Shown in pieces: positions 40,777 to 50,843 of a stretch of DNA of 64,000 nucleotides. The notes beneath the pieces are model-generated. The model had not been told where the DNA came from. It made no database searches and saw nothing but the letters and a program-made list of their open reading frames with translations. A program made the position numbers and the translations under genes. This stretch comes from Nitrospirota bacterium (GTDB taxonomy: Bacteria; Nitrospirota; UBA9217): NCBI GenBank assembly GCA_963751455.1, contig CAVVUN010000015.1, forward strand, positions 96,001 to 160,000, read 5' to 3'. Position 1 is the stretch's first letter. Each line of letters starts with the position of its first letter.

Positions 40777-41370
40777 GTGAATATCTCCGTCATCCTTGGT
40801 CATCCGAAAAAAGAGAGCTTATGCCATGCGATCGCCAAGACCGTTGTCGATGAGCTGAAGAAGAACGGGCATGAAGTTCAATTCCACGACTTGTACGAAG
40901 AAAAGTTCGATCCCGTTCTTCAGCATGAAGAAGTTTCTAAAGATGCGGAACTCGACCCTGTCATCCGGCGGCATTGCGCGGAGCTCATGAACGCAGACGG
41001 CATTATCGTGGTCCATCCGAACTGGTGGGGACAGCCGCCTGCCATGCTCAAGGGCTGGATCGACCGGGTGATCCGGCCGGGCGTGGCATATGAATTCCTG
41101 GTCGGTGACAGCGGCGAAGGCGCGCCGCGCGGACTGCTGAAAGCTAAGGTGGCGCTCGTATTTAACACATCGAATACCGGAAAAAAGCGGGAACACGAGG
41201 TGTTCGGCGACCCGCTCGAGACACTTTGGAGAAACTGTATTTTCGGTCTTTGCGGGATCAGGAATGTTCATCGGCGGATGTTCGGAATCGTAGTCACGAG
41301 CAGCATCGAACAGAGAACGGATTGGCTGAACGAGGTTCGATCGGTCATACGCCGGGAAATAAACGAATAA
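40777..41370 (+). CDS. Flavodoxin-like NAD(P)H-dependent oxidoreductase
   Basis: LGHP, DLYEEKFDP, PNWWGQPPAMLKGWIDRV. Confidence 0.9.
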   Translation: MNISVILGHPKKESLCHAIAKTVVDELKKNGHEVQFHDLYEEKFDPVLQHEEVSKDAELDPVIRRHCAELMNADGIIVVHPNWWGQPPAMLKGWIDRVIRPGVAYEFLVGDSGEGAPRGLLKAKVALVFNTSNTGKKREHEVFGDPLETLWRNCIFGLCGIRNVHRRMFGIVVTSSIEQRTDWLNEVRSVIRREINE

Positions 41371-41415
41371 GAATGAAATGCCGTACGGGTAACTAATAGA
41401 GCATAGGGGGAAATC

Positions 41416-41733
41416 ATGAATGAAGAGAGATTGCTTGCGGATTTTATTAATGAATTGACCAGGGCAAAAAAAAGCGGAGCTCTCTACGTCAGCGTGGTTG
41501 AGACAAGCGAGGACCTGATCAGGATCTATTTTGAAGAGGGGAAGGTCTACCACATTCGCTACGGCACGGCTATCGGCAATGACTGCCTCGACATCCTGGA
41601 ATATTACAATTTGTACAGCGCCACGTTTTTTCAGGGGATCAAGGCGCCGGACAAGCCTGCCGCGGATCTGCCGCCGTCTGAAGCGATCGTTTCCAGAATC
41701 GCATCGTTCAAGAAGACAGTTAAAATAAAATAA
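41416..41733 (+). CDS. Small hypothetical protein (DUF4388/PATAN-like)
   Basis: KKSGALYV ... RIYFEEGKVYH resembles DUF4388; RBS present. Confidence 0.55.
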   Translation: MNEERLLADFINELTRAKKSGALYVSVVETSEDLIRIYFEEGKVYHIRYGTAIGNDCLDILEYYNLYSATFFQGIKAPDKPAADLPPSEAIVSRIASFKKTVKIK

Positions 41734-41751
41734 GCGGCGCCCCTGAATATC

Positions 41752-42756
41752 ATGGAGAAATTCGTCTCAATCGTAATCCCGAATTATAACGGAAGCTCAA
41801 CCATCGGGAAATGCATCGAAGCGGCCTTGAAATCCGGATATGAACGCTTCGAGGTCGTGGTCGTTGACGACTGCTCCACGGACGGCTCCGTCGGGATCAT
41901 CGAGCGATATCCCTGCCGGCTGATACGGCTCCCGAAGCATGCCGGCGCGTCCGCGGCGAGAAACAAGGGCGCCGAAAACAGCAGCGGCGACCTGCTTTTT
42001 TTCATTGACGCCGATTGTCTTATCCGTGAAGATGCGCTCTCCCTCGCTGACAAGGCAAGTGCCGCGGAGCCGCGAGCGGTGATCGGCGGCACGTACAGCC
42101 CGCTGCCGTACGATCCCGGTTTTTTCAGCGCGTTCCAGTCCCTCTTTATTCATTATTCCGAGACAAAGAGGAACGAGCCGGATTACATCGCCACCCATGC
42201 AATGGCGATCCATAGTGCCGCATTCAAAGCGAGCGGGGGGTTCAGGGAAGATTTTTTCCCGATTCTTGAAGACGTGGAATTCTGTCACCGGCTACGCCGG
42301 TCCGGCATGCGCTTCATCATGAAGCCGGAGATCCAGGTGAGGCATGTGTTCAATTTTACGTTCATCAAGTCAATCCGCAACGCATTCCGGAAATCGTTAT
42401 ACTGGACTGCGTATTCTCTCATAAACAGGGACCTGCTCGCGGATTCGGGAACGGCGTCTGTTGAGCTTAAGATAAACGGCCTCTGCCTTTTTTTGACTGG
42501 CCTTTCAGCGCTGCTTTTTTCCCTGACCCACGAAAGAAGCTGGCTGGTTGCCGTGCCGTTTCTGTTCGGACTAAACCTCGTTTTCAGCCGGCGGCTGCTC
42601 AGCCTGTTTTATCGTGCCAAGGGACCGGGATTCTTCATATTCGCGGCGCTCTATTACACTATTTTGTATCCCCTTCCGGTGATCGCAGGTGGTGTTGGAG
42701 GCGTGATCAAATATGCCTTGTCTCCGGGCGGTAAAAAGGTTACGATGACCGAATAA
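41752..42756 (+). CDS. Glycosyltransferase family 2 with C-terminal TM helices
   Basis: SIVIPNYN, VVDDCSTD, ARNKG, FIDAD, GGF, EDVEF. Confidence 0.92.
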   Translation: MEKFVSIVIPNYNGSSTIGKCIEAALKSGYERFEVVVVDDCSTDGSVGIIERYPCRLIRLPKHAGASAARNKGAENSSGDLLFFIDADCLIREDALSLADKASAAEPRAVIGGTYSPLPYDPGFFSAFQSLFIHYSETKRNEPDYIATHAMAIHSAAFKASGGFREDFFPILEDVEFCHRLRRSGMRFIMKPEIQVRHVFNFTFIKSIRNAFRKSLYWTAYSLINRDLLADSGTASVELKINGLCLFLTGLSALLFSLTHERSWLVAVPFLFGLNLVFSRRLLSLFYRAKGPGFFIFAALYYTILYPLPVIAGGVGGVIKYALSPGGKKVTMTE

Positions 42757-42758
42757 AT

Positions 42759-42872
42759 GGAACGAAAGATGACGGTAACGGCGTCGAGGCCCGTTTCGTA
42801 TGACGGTTACGTCGTTCATGTTATTTCCGTTACCGTAAGACGTTTGACGATACGGGCTTCGTAACCGTCAGA
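42759..42872. repeat. Intergenic hexamer-unit hairpin related to 6937-7055
   Basis: tgacggtaacgg...cgaggcccgtttcgt ... acgatacgggcttcgtaaccgtca. Confidence 0.7.
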
Positions 42873-42923
42873 CATGACTAATTGTTTGCGACTTGGCGAG
42901 CATTTCGTTTCTACTTACTATTC

Positions 42924-44006
42924 ATGTACTCTGCGCTCAGACATATGCCGTCAATCCTCTGGAAGGGCAGGCCTCTCCAGCTCACTTTTTTCCTTACGCG
43001 CCGGTGCAACGCGAAATGCCCCTTCTGCTTTTATCTCAAAAGCTCTGAAGGAGGGGGACAGGGAGAAGAGTTGTCGATTGACGAAATCGGGAAAATATCC
43101 CGCTCGCTCGGGAACCTGCTTTGGATAGCTTTTTCGGGGGGCGAGATCTATCTGAGAGACGACCTGGTAGAAATCAGCAGAATCTTCCATGACGGGAACA
43201 AGCCGGCAGTCATGCTTTTTCCCACAAACGGCATGCTTCCGCTGGTAATTCGCGCAAAAACCGAGAGGATCCTGAAAGAATGCAGAAACAGCGTAATCGC
43301 GGTCAAGCTCACGGTCGACGGCATCGGGAAAGCGCATGACGAGCTTCGCGCAACGCCGGGCATTTTCGACAGGACCATGGAGACGTACCACTTGCTGAAA
43401 CCGCTGCTCAAAACATATTCTAATTTCGAGCTCGGCGTAAATACGGTTTTCTGCTCGGAAAACCAGGATGCTATGGACGGGATAATCGACTTTGTGGACG
43501 GGCTGAAAGAAATCGGAACACACACCATCTCACTGGTTCGCGGAAATCTTTCGCAGACCCGGTACAAGAAGATCGACCCGAAGAAATATCGGGCTGCGAT
43601 CGACCGAATCGGAAACAAACTTACGAGCGGATGCGGAAAGACATACCGGTTCAAGGGAGCGCGGATCAAAGCCGCGCAGGATGTCCTTCAGCGCAAACTG
43701 ATACACCAGACCATGATTGAACAAAAACGGATCGTTCCCTGTTATGCGGGAAGACTCAATCTCGTGCTGACCGAAACCGGAGAGGTCAAGCCGTGCGAGA
43801 TCTTGCCAGGATCGTTCGGGAACGTCAGGGATTTCAATTATGATATGCGGAAGGTCACGCGTTCAGCCGAGGCCAAGGAAATCGTTAAATCCATCAAACA
43901 GCGTCGGTGTTTCTGCACCCATGAATGCTATCTGATGACGAATATCCTGTTCAATCCGCGATTATATCCGGCGCTCGCTCAGGAATACGTGAAGATACGG
44001 ACGTGA
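42924..44006 (+). CDS. Radical SAM protein with SPASM/Twitch domain
   Basis: CNAKCPFC, SGGE, TNG; C-terminal CYAG...G.V.PC, C.CTHEC; start uncertain (42882-42945). Confidence 0.9.
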   Translation: MYSALRHMPSILWKGRPLQLTFFLTRRCNAKCPFCFYLKSSEGGGQGEELSIDEIGKISRSLGNLLWIAFSGGEIYLRDDLVEISRIFHDGNKPAVMLFPTNGMLPLVIRAKTERILKECRNSVIAVKLTVDGIGKAHDELRATPGIFDRTMETYHLLKPLLKTYSNFELGVNTVFCSENQDAMDGIIDFVDGLKEIGTHTISLVRGNLSQTRYKKIDPKKYRAAIDRIGNKLTSGCGKTYRFKGARIKAAQDVLQRKLIHQTMIEQKRIVPCYAGRLNLVLTETGEVKPCEILPGSFGNVRDFNYDMRKVTRSAEAKEIVKSIKQRRCFCTHECYLMTNILFNPRLYPALAQEYVKIRT

Positions 44007-44070
44007 ACTGCGCCACTCGACTTGAATCCCGCGACTTGCAATCCCCCGGCTCCTGCCGGAGGGGGCTCCA

Positions 44071-44284
44071 CTAGTGTAGTGTCTCACAAACGACTGGTGT
44101 TATCATAGCGCGGCAGTAGGCCGCAGCCAAACTTGTAGGGCAAGGCTTTAGCCTTGCTGAAAGCGCCGGAACAGCAGCAACCCTAAAGGGTCGCCCTACA
44201 AATTCATCAGCAAATATTTATGCGAAGATAAGTTTTCGATGAGAAATCATCATAACACCGTCCATTTAAGAGTCACTACACCAG
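44071..44284. mobile_element. Three-layer nested MITE/REP element
   Basis: Outer ctagtgtagtgtctc / gagtcactacaccag; middle ggtgttatcat / atcataacacc; inner GTAG-REP doublet ttgtagggcaaggctttagccttgc / gcaaccctaaagggtcgccctacaa. Confidence 0.75.
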
Positions 44285-44347
44285 GAATTGCTCTAAATTC
44301 TCAGTTTGTATCTGCATTTTTAATTTGCGTTTTTCAGCTTTTCAGCG

Positions 44348-45787
44348 TTACTTCTTTTTCCCGAAAAGCCCCTTTTCCTTCCAAAGCCAGAATAGGCTCC
44401 GTGCGGCCTTTGCCGCGGTCTTTATATCATCCATGCTTCTGAGCGCGAGAACTTTTTTTATAATGAACGATGGCCGTGAATAAAACTTCCTGAAGGCCGT
44501 CTGTCTCAGGTCCAGTATCTGCTCCCTGGTCATGGTATATGGTATAAACGCGGCGCCTTGATACGTGAAGTCCGTGAGGTCTTCCGAAATCGTGCCATAC
44601 TTATCCAGGTTGTCATACAGGTAGCTTCCCGGGAACGGCGTAATCGCATGGAAGTTTGCCATGTCGGGATCGAGCTCGATTGCGAACCGGATCGTTTCAA
44701 GACCCTCCTCGTAGGTCTCCCCAGGTATCCCGAATAAAAACGGGGTGCTCACTTTCAGTCCTGCATTTTTCGCGGCACTTACCGCCTTCCGGATTTGGTC
44801 GATGGTCGTGCCTTTCCGTATAGCATTTAGATTCTTCTGGACCCCGCTCTCGGCGCCGAACAGGACCGCCCAGCACCCTGCTTCCTTGAATGCCCTGAGC
44901 AGCGGCTCGTCCACCTGGTTGACGCAAGCCGATGCAAACCATGTGAAATCAAGCCGTCGTTTCTTTATTTCTGCCGCAAACTGCATTGCCCTGTCGTAGT
45001 TCGCAGCCAGGGTATCGTCAAGGAATTTAATCTCGCGATACCCCTGCTTCAGGCATTGCTCGATTTCCTGCATTACGTTATCAATGCTGCGGTAGCGTAT
45101 CCCGCTTTTCCTTGTCTTGTCCAACTGAAAACAGTAAATGCACCTGCGATTGCAGCCGCGCGAAGTGATCATGACCGCAACCGGTTTTCTCTTGTAGGTG
45201 GCAGGAGGAGGTATGTATTGGTTGGCATCGCCAAGGAGATCTCTTGCCGGAAAAGGCAGGGCATCCAGGTCTTCGATCAGCGGCCGCGGCGGGTTCGTTG
45301 CGATACTTCCGTTTTCCCAATAGACCAGCCCTAGAACGCCGGCAAGCTTTTCTCCGCGCTGAAGCCGACCGACCGTCTCCCGAAGTGTATATTCTCCCTC
45401 GCCGGTAACGACCGCATCCATACAGTGCCCTGCGTCTTTAAGGCAGCGCTCCTGCATTGCGATCGGATATGGACCGCCGGCGCAGATGAAGACCCGGTCG
45501 CCGAACTTTTTTCTCAGATCTGCCGCTGTATTCTTTGCCTTGATCCATCCGAACGTTGTTGAATAAATGCCGATGAATTCGGGCCGGAATTGTTCGGTTC
45601 GGCGCAGCACTTCGTCATGCGGCAGAAACGCGCCGTTCAGGAACGTCACGTCATGCCCGGCATTGCGAAGGACAGCGGCCACGGAAAGCGTGCCGATCGG
45701 CTGCCAGTAGTTTATCTGGGAGCCGGCTGTTTTTGAAGAAAAAATATCAGCAGGCACCCAGGAAGGGATTATCAGCGCACATTTCAT
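44348..45787 (-). CDS. B12-binding radical SAM protein
   Basis: N-terminal cobalamin-binding domain (GGPYP, GEGE), TSRGCNRRCIYC, GAESG, GIPGET, PFPGS. Confidence 0.93.
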   Translation of the reverse strand: MKCALIIPSWVPADIFSSKTAGSQINYWQPIGTLSVAAVLRNAGHDVTFLNGAFLPHDEVLRRTEQFRPEFIGIYSTTFGWIKAKNTAADLRKKFGDRVFICAGGPYPIAMQERCLKDAGHCMDAVVTGEGEYTLRETVGRLQRGEKLAGVLGLVYWENGSIATNPPRPLIEDLDALPFPARDLLGDANQYIPPPATYKRKPVAVMITSRGCNRRCIYCFQLDKTRKSGIRYRSIDNVMQEIEQCLKQGYREIKFLDDTLAANYDRAMQFAAEIKKRRLDFTWFASACVNQVDEPLLRAFKEAGCWAVLFGAESGVQKNLNAIRKGTTIDQIRKAVSAAKNAGLKVSTPFLFGIPGETYEEGLETIRFAIELDPDMANFHAITPFPGSYLYDNLDKYGTISEDLTDFTYQGAAFIPYTMTREQILDLRQTAFRKFYSRPSFIIKKVLALRSMDDIKTAAKAARSLFWLWKEKGLFGKKK

Positions 45788-45979
45788 ATCATGCTACCTC
45801 GCAGCGTGGCCTTTGGACCCAAAGAAACGAAACTCAGTTAACATGGCCGCAAAAATGCGCAAGATGCGCAAAAAAAACAAGAGATAGGGAATTTCAAGCG
45901 ACATTGGATCCGCTAAGATTATTGCCGGGATTACTGCTTCTGCTTTTTCGTCCATCGTCCTTCGTCTATCCTCCCTCGA

Positions 45980-47344
45980 TCATTTTCTTTTCAGGATCTT
46001 CTCCGCCGCCCCCAGCCCCGACTCGATCGCGTGGTCCATATTATAGTAGCGGAACATGCCTGATCTGCCGGCAATGTGGAGGTTATCAAAACCGGCCAGG
46101 TAAGCCGCAATTTCGTCAAAATGTTTTTCGTACCCGACTTCGAATAAGGGGTACGCCTTCGGCACGCGGACCACCGCGCTGTCGATTACTTCTTGCCGGC
46201 GAATATAGCCAAGCCGGTCGAGATGGTCAATGCCGATGTCCGCCAGCTTTTGGTCCTCCGAGTTCCAGATCTCATCACCCTTGAAACTGAAAAACTCGAG
46301 CACCAGCAGTGTTTTCCCTTCCGGCGCCATCTGCTCGCTCCAGTTGGTCGGTTCGTGAATCCTTCCGAACGGAATCTTCTTCTCCGGGATGTAAATCCAG
46401 GTCTGGTCGGTGACTCTCGGCCGGTCGATCATGAGCGTCACGACGACGAGGTCCCGAAACCGCAATTTCGAGGCAGCGGCAAGAATGCGGCCGGGAGGCG
46501 CCGGGGCAAGCATCTTCACGAGGTTCGTGACAGGCATGCTGGAGATGAACTCCCGGCCGCGTTCCGTTCGGGATTGTCCCTGCCGGTTCACGATAATGCT
46601 CTCAATTCTGCCGCCGTCATGGTTGATACGCTCGACCCGCGTTTCAGTCAGGATTGTACCTGACTTTTCTATCCCCTGTTGAAGCAGGTCCGAGATCCGG
46701 CCGATCCCGAGACGAGGGTAGACAAAATTATCAACGAGGGTGGGTATCTTCCGCCCGCTTCTCTTGAATAGCGCATTCGAGACTGTCTTTGTCAAAGACA
46801 GCCCGTTTATCCGCTGGTCCACCCATTGTGCGCTGATCCTGCTGCAGTCGATGCCCCATACTTTCTCGCTGTACTCCTTGAAATAGAAGTCGAACATGGT
46901 CCGGCCGAAATGCGCAACCACCCAGTCTTCAAGCGATACCGCTTCCGGTTCCCGGAAAAGCCGCTTCATGCGCTCGATGCCGTAGTCTGCGAATATCGCG
47001 AGCGTGGCGGGTATACCCATGCCGAACAATGCATTAAAAGGCTTCAGGGGATAGTCGAAGTATTTCCCGCGCATCAGTATTTTGCTCCTGCGCGCTACGT
47101 TTATCAATTCACCGTCCATCACGTTTTTCACGAACGTATCTATTCGCTCGTCTTTCGTGAAAAACCTGTGGCCGCCAAGGTCGAACCGGTATCCGTTCTG
47201 CTCGATCGTTTTCGAAATGCCCCCGACTGTCCGGTCCAGTTCGAATACAGAGAGTCCGATGCCTTCCTTTGCCAGTACATAACCGGCAGAGAGTCCCGTT
47301 AGGCCGCCACCCATTATTAATACTTCATTTTGGTGTTCAATCAC
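45980..47344 (-). CDS. FAD-dependent oxidoreductase (HemY/UDP-galactopyranose mutase-like)
   Basis: GGGLTGLSAG, DLGGHRFF, YSEKVWG, AYP, GR.G.FRYYNMDH. Confidence 0.88.
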   Translation of the reverse strand: MIEHQNEVLIMGGGLTGLSAGYVLAKEGIGLSVFELDRTVGGISKTIEQNGYRFDLGGHRFFTKDERIDTFVKNVMDGELINVARRSKILMRGKYFDYPLKPFNALFGMGIPATLAIFADYGIERMKRLFREPEAVSLEDWVVAHFGRTMFDFYFKEYSEKVWGIDCSRISAQWVDQRINGLSLTKTVSNALFKRSGRKIPTLVDNFVYPRLGIGRISDLLQQGIEKSGTILTETRVERINHDGGRIESIIVNRQGQSRTERGREFISSMPVTNLVKMLAPAPPGRILAAASKLRFRDLVVVTLMIDRPRVTDQTWIYIPEKKIPFGRIHEPTNWSEQMAPEGKTLLVLEFFSFKGDEIWNSEDQKLADIGIDHLDRLGYIRRQEVIDSAVVRVPKAYPLFEVGYEKHFDEIAAYLAGFDNLHIAGRSGMFRYYNMDHAIESGLGAAEKILKRK

Positions 47345-48120
47345 AATATCACCTGCTAAAAGTAAATCCGGATGGCAATTTTATAATAAAAAGAACCATT
47401 GTGTCTATTAAATTCTTGATCCAGCATCTTAACTTTCAATGAGATAACCTCGCTATATTACCACCAATGCCCCCGCTTATCCATATCATCCAGCACCTGC
47501 GGCAGGATTCTGGTATTTAGTCATCAACATTTCATCAATACTCAAAAACCCGACAAAATCAGCGGCCTGCTCATTCAGGCAAGATCATGGTCCTGGCCCC
47601 AGAACGAGTCAGATGGGTTCTCCGCTTTGGCAACAGAAGGATACGAAATTTTTTGAAGAGTCTGATACGCTGTTCGCAACGTCATCAAAATAATGTTTGC
47701 CGCCCGCGTGCATGCAATCCTGAAAACGACAAGCGCATGAAATTCTCTTCTCTATCAATGCCAGGACTTTGAGATTTGCTACATTTTGTTACAGAAAAAT
47801 AACAAAAAATGCCGAATGTTTTCGCAAGAAAAGCCGAGACAAAAAAACAATTTTATGAAATAATTTGCCACTCTTTCTTTAAAGTACGTTACAGGCTTAT
47901 ATCCCCGTCTCTGTTTGATAGATTTCTTCCGTGAGTTGGGTATTAACGTTCGGAAGTGCATCGAGTCTCCTGTCCAGAGTCTGCTATTCGAAGAATCAAA
48001 TTTTCTGAAAACTACTTGCGCTTTTCACCCTCATCTCGATATTTTTGTGAACTCTTTATAGACTAGTCTTCGACATTCGCTATTGTGAAAAAATAAATTC
48101 CGGATCGAAAGGAGCTTTAA

Positions 48121-48936
48121 ATGAAACATCATTCATACGAGCAGGGATACGATATGCCACCAATGATATGGGTGGTATCTGTGTGGGCGGTGATCCTGTT
48201 GTTGCTTCCGATATCTCAATCAGCATCTGCTCAAAGTGCTCAAGACGACAAAGGGAAATCGGAAATGGCTGTAGAAAAAAGGAATTCAGAAATTATTAAT
48301 TACGTGCGGAATAAATATAAAGTCCAGGATATCCATTCAGAGATGCAAAAGACGGAACACGGCCTCGCGGGCTCTATATTCATTATCGGCGACATGACTC
48401 CGAAGAACATCGGGCCTGCCGGAGCAGATACAACAAAGTCGGACCGGGCACGTGATATAGCGAAGACGCTGATTCTCGGCGAGCCGGATATTTTCAGCGC
48501 GATCAAGCAGCATGAACTCAGAGAGGCCGCGATGAAAACCGGCGAACAGGGAACTACAATCATCAGGTACCAGAGGACTATTAACAATATACCGCTAAGC
48601 GGTATGGATATCATCGTGCATGTCGGACACGACGAGTCAGTATCGTACGTAAGTGCCCGGACCGTGCCGATACCGCCGGCGCTCGAAGCGGAAGCGACTA
48701 GGGATACACTGCGGGAAGATGCTCTCTTGCCGATCATCGAGGACGATTTAAGGGCCTCGAACGCTAAGTATAACATTCTTAAAGTGCTCGGGAACAAAAA
48801 AGTCGCAATCACTGCACCACCCTATATAGTATGGATCTCGGATGTAATGTTGCTTGCTGACACCGCAAGATGGATTTACAAAATCGATGCGTTTACCGGA
48901 AAAGTAATCGAAAAAAGAGACGCCCTAGTTGAATAG
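48121..48936 (+). CDS. Secreted protein resembling a stand-alone M4 propeptide (FTP plus PepSY)
   Basis: Signal peptide ending ASA-Q; IRYQRTINNIPLSGMDIIVHV (FTP-like); WIYKIDAFTGKVI (PepSY-like); AAGGAG RBS. Confidence 0.7.
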   Translation: MKHHSYEQGYDMPPMIWVVSVWAVILLLLPISQSASAQSAQDDKGKSEMAVEKRNSEIINYVRNKYKVQDIHSEMQKTEHGLAGSIFIIGDMTPKNIGPAGADTTKSDRARDIAKTLILGEPDIFSAIKQHELREAAMKTGEQGTTIIRYQRTINNIPLSGMDIIVHVGHDESVSYVSARTVPIPPALEAEATRDTLREDALLPIIEDDLRASNAKYNILKVLGNKKVAITAPPYIVWISDVMLLADTARWIYKIDAFTGKVIEKRDALVE

Positions 48937-49045
48937 TTTGAAAGGATGGCCCTATCCGATAAATTTTTATGGTAACGGATGCCCCATAAGCCACTTTTGG
49001 AAATGAAAACTTTCTAAAGCAGCAAATCGAAATGGAGGCTAAATA

Positions 49046-50749
49046 ATGAAACTCTATTCATTCAAAAAATCATTGATGCTTATGCTCTTAATTTATTTTC
49101 TTGCTCTAATATCAGCACCTGTTAATGTCTTTTCATGTGAGCCAGCCATCGGCCAGGGAACAGGCGTGCTGCCAAGCACTGTGAAGGCGATTAATACCTG
49201 CGTTTCATCGGCTTGTATCGATTTTTTTTATCTTAGGGATGTCTCCAGATCGGGTATAACAACTGATCTCTATAGTAATCTTACTGAGCAATCATACGAA
49301 GGCGCATATCTCTATGGTGCAAATGGAACTGGATTGTTGAACTATGAAAATGTCTGGAACGATACGGTATATGGAGCCGCAGTCGATGCACACGATTATG
49401 CGGGGAAAACATACAGTTATCTTTTTTCGACGTTCGGTAGAACATTCAATGAAATAACAGGTTCACGAATGACTAACTTGGTTGATGGAGATGCGACGCA
49501 TTATATAGGCCAAGGAATTGTTGTCTACGAAATACCGACCGGTCTCGGATATTATAAACCATCGAGAGCAATCGACACCGTGGCACATGAGTTCTTCCAT
49601 GGGATATCAAGTGCTTCGGCAACCGGATTCAACAATGACTATCTTGATGATTGCGAAAATGCCGCCTTATCCGAATCTTTTTCCGATATCATGGGGATTG
49701 GAGTCAAACGCGCTAATCGGCAAACTTGGACTGATGATGATTGGATGGTCATGAAAGATATGTACACGGGAGCATTGTGGCTTGATAACAACAACAATCA
49801 ATGCGCGGCGGGCCAAGCCGGTTGCCGCCAGATTATTGGAAGAAGGAACGTTAAAAATCCTCTCGATAACCGGGTTAGATGCCTACAGCCTGATTACTAT
49901 GGAGGTCAGAATTGGTGCGTACCGCAATCTCAAACGGGACTGCATTGCGGCTCATATCCTTGCGATCGGCACCATGTGAATGCCGGCGTACCGAACAAAA
50001 TGTTTTACCTTCTTTCAGAGGGGGGGACGCATGCAACAAGTGGTGTATATGTACAGAAGTTAGGGATGACAACAGCGGTACAAATACTATATAAGGCAAA
50101 TCAGGAGTTCTGGCGTGAAAATGAATCCATGTATGGAGCGATGGTTGGCATGGTAGGTGCGGCATCACGCGATTATGGTTCCGGCTCGAATGAGGTGCGA
50201 CAAGTCAAGCTTGCGTGGACTGCCGTGGGCGTCGGGAATCGGCTGACTATGGCAAAGGCCGGCGACGGCAATGGTACAATAAGTAAGACGTCTGCGTATT
50301 TAGGTTCCGGCTATTCCAAAGATATTTATCCTCTTGGCGATGCCGTCACTTTCACGGCCACGCCGGACAGCTACTCAGTGTTCGCCGGCTGGTTATATGC
50401 TGACTGTGGCGGCATCCCGCCATGTGAAGGCACGGGGGCCTGCACGCTGTATCCTGATACTACAAGTTACTATAATGCCTTATTTGTCCGGCCTAAAATA
50501 TATGTAACCAAAACCGGAACAGGATCCGGGACAGTCAGCGGGCCGGGTATTTCGTGTGGATCTGATTGTTCTGAAACCTATCTGCCGAATGTGAACGTCA
50601 CTCTGAATGCAGCGCCGGATTATGGTTCTCTCTTTACAGGCTGGTCGGGTCAGGGCTGCAGCGGGACAGGGACGTCCTGCACTGTAGCCTTAAACAACGT
50701 AAAATACGTAACTGCAACTTTTGATTATGACTACTCCAGCTACGGCTGA
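49046..50749 (+). CDS. Thermolysin-like (M4) zinc metalloprotease catalytic domain with two InlB-B-like repeats
   Basis: AAVDAH, VAHEFFHG, ALSESFSD, H.NAGVPN..FYLLSEGG, AW.AVGV; GxGxGxV/F.GW repeats; own signal peptide and GGAGG RBS. Confidence 0.9.
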   Translation: MKLYSFKKSLMLMLLIYFLALISAPVNVFSCEPAIGQGTGVLPSTVKAINTCVSSACIDFFYLRDVSRSGITTDLYSNLTEQSYEGAYLYGANGTGLLNYENVWNDTVYGAAVDAHDYAGKTYSYLFSTFGRTFNEITGSRMTNLVDGDATHYIGQGIVVYEIPTGLGYYKPSRAIDTVAHEFFHGISSASATGFNNDYLDDCENAALSESFSDIMGIGVKRANRQTWTDDDWMVMKDMYTGALWLDNNNNQCAAGQAGCRQIIGRRNVKNPLDNRVRCLQPDYYGGQNWCVPQSQTGLHCGSYPCDRHHVNAGVPNKMFYLLSEGGTHATSGVYVQKLGMTTAVQILYKANQEFWRENESMYGAMVGMVGAASRDYGSGSNEVRQVKLAWTAVGVGNRLTMAKAGDGNGTISKTSAYLGSGYSKDIYPLGDAVTFTATPDSYSVFAGWLYADCGGIPPCEGTGACTLYPDTTSYYNALFVRPKIYVTKTGTGSGTVSGPGISCGSDCSETYLPNVNVTLNAAPDYGSLFTGWSGQGCSGTGTSCTVALNNVKYVTATFDYDYSSYG

Positions 50750-50843
50750 TAGTATTCTCGGCAGGCGGTCGCCTGCCTTACGATAAGAACGAGAAGTATG
50801 CGCCTGTATAAGCATCTGCCAGCACCCGGCGCCGGATGACCTA

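Noticed and set aside
47400-48100. Short ORFs in the 700-nt AT-rich spacer before the protease pair
   Set aside because: 60-61 aa with no motifs or RBS; more likely promoter or degraded sequence.
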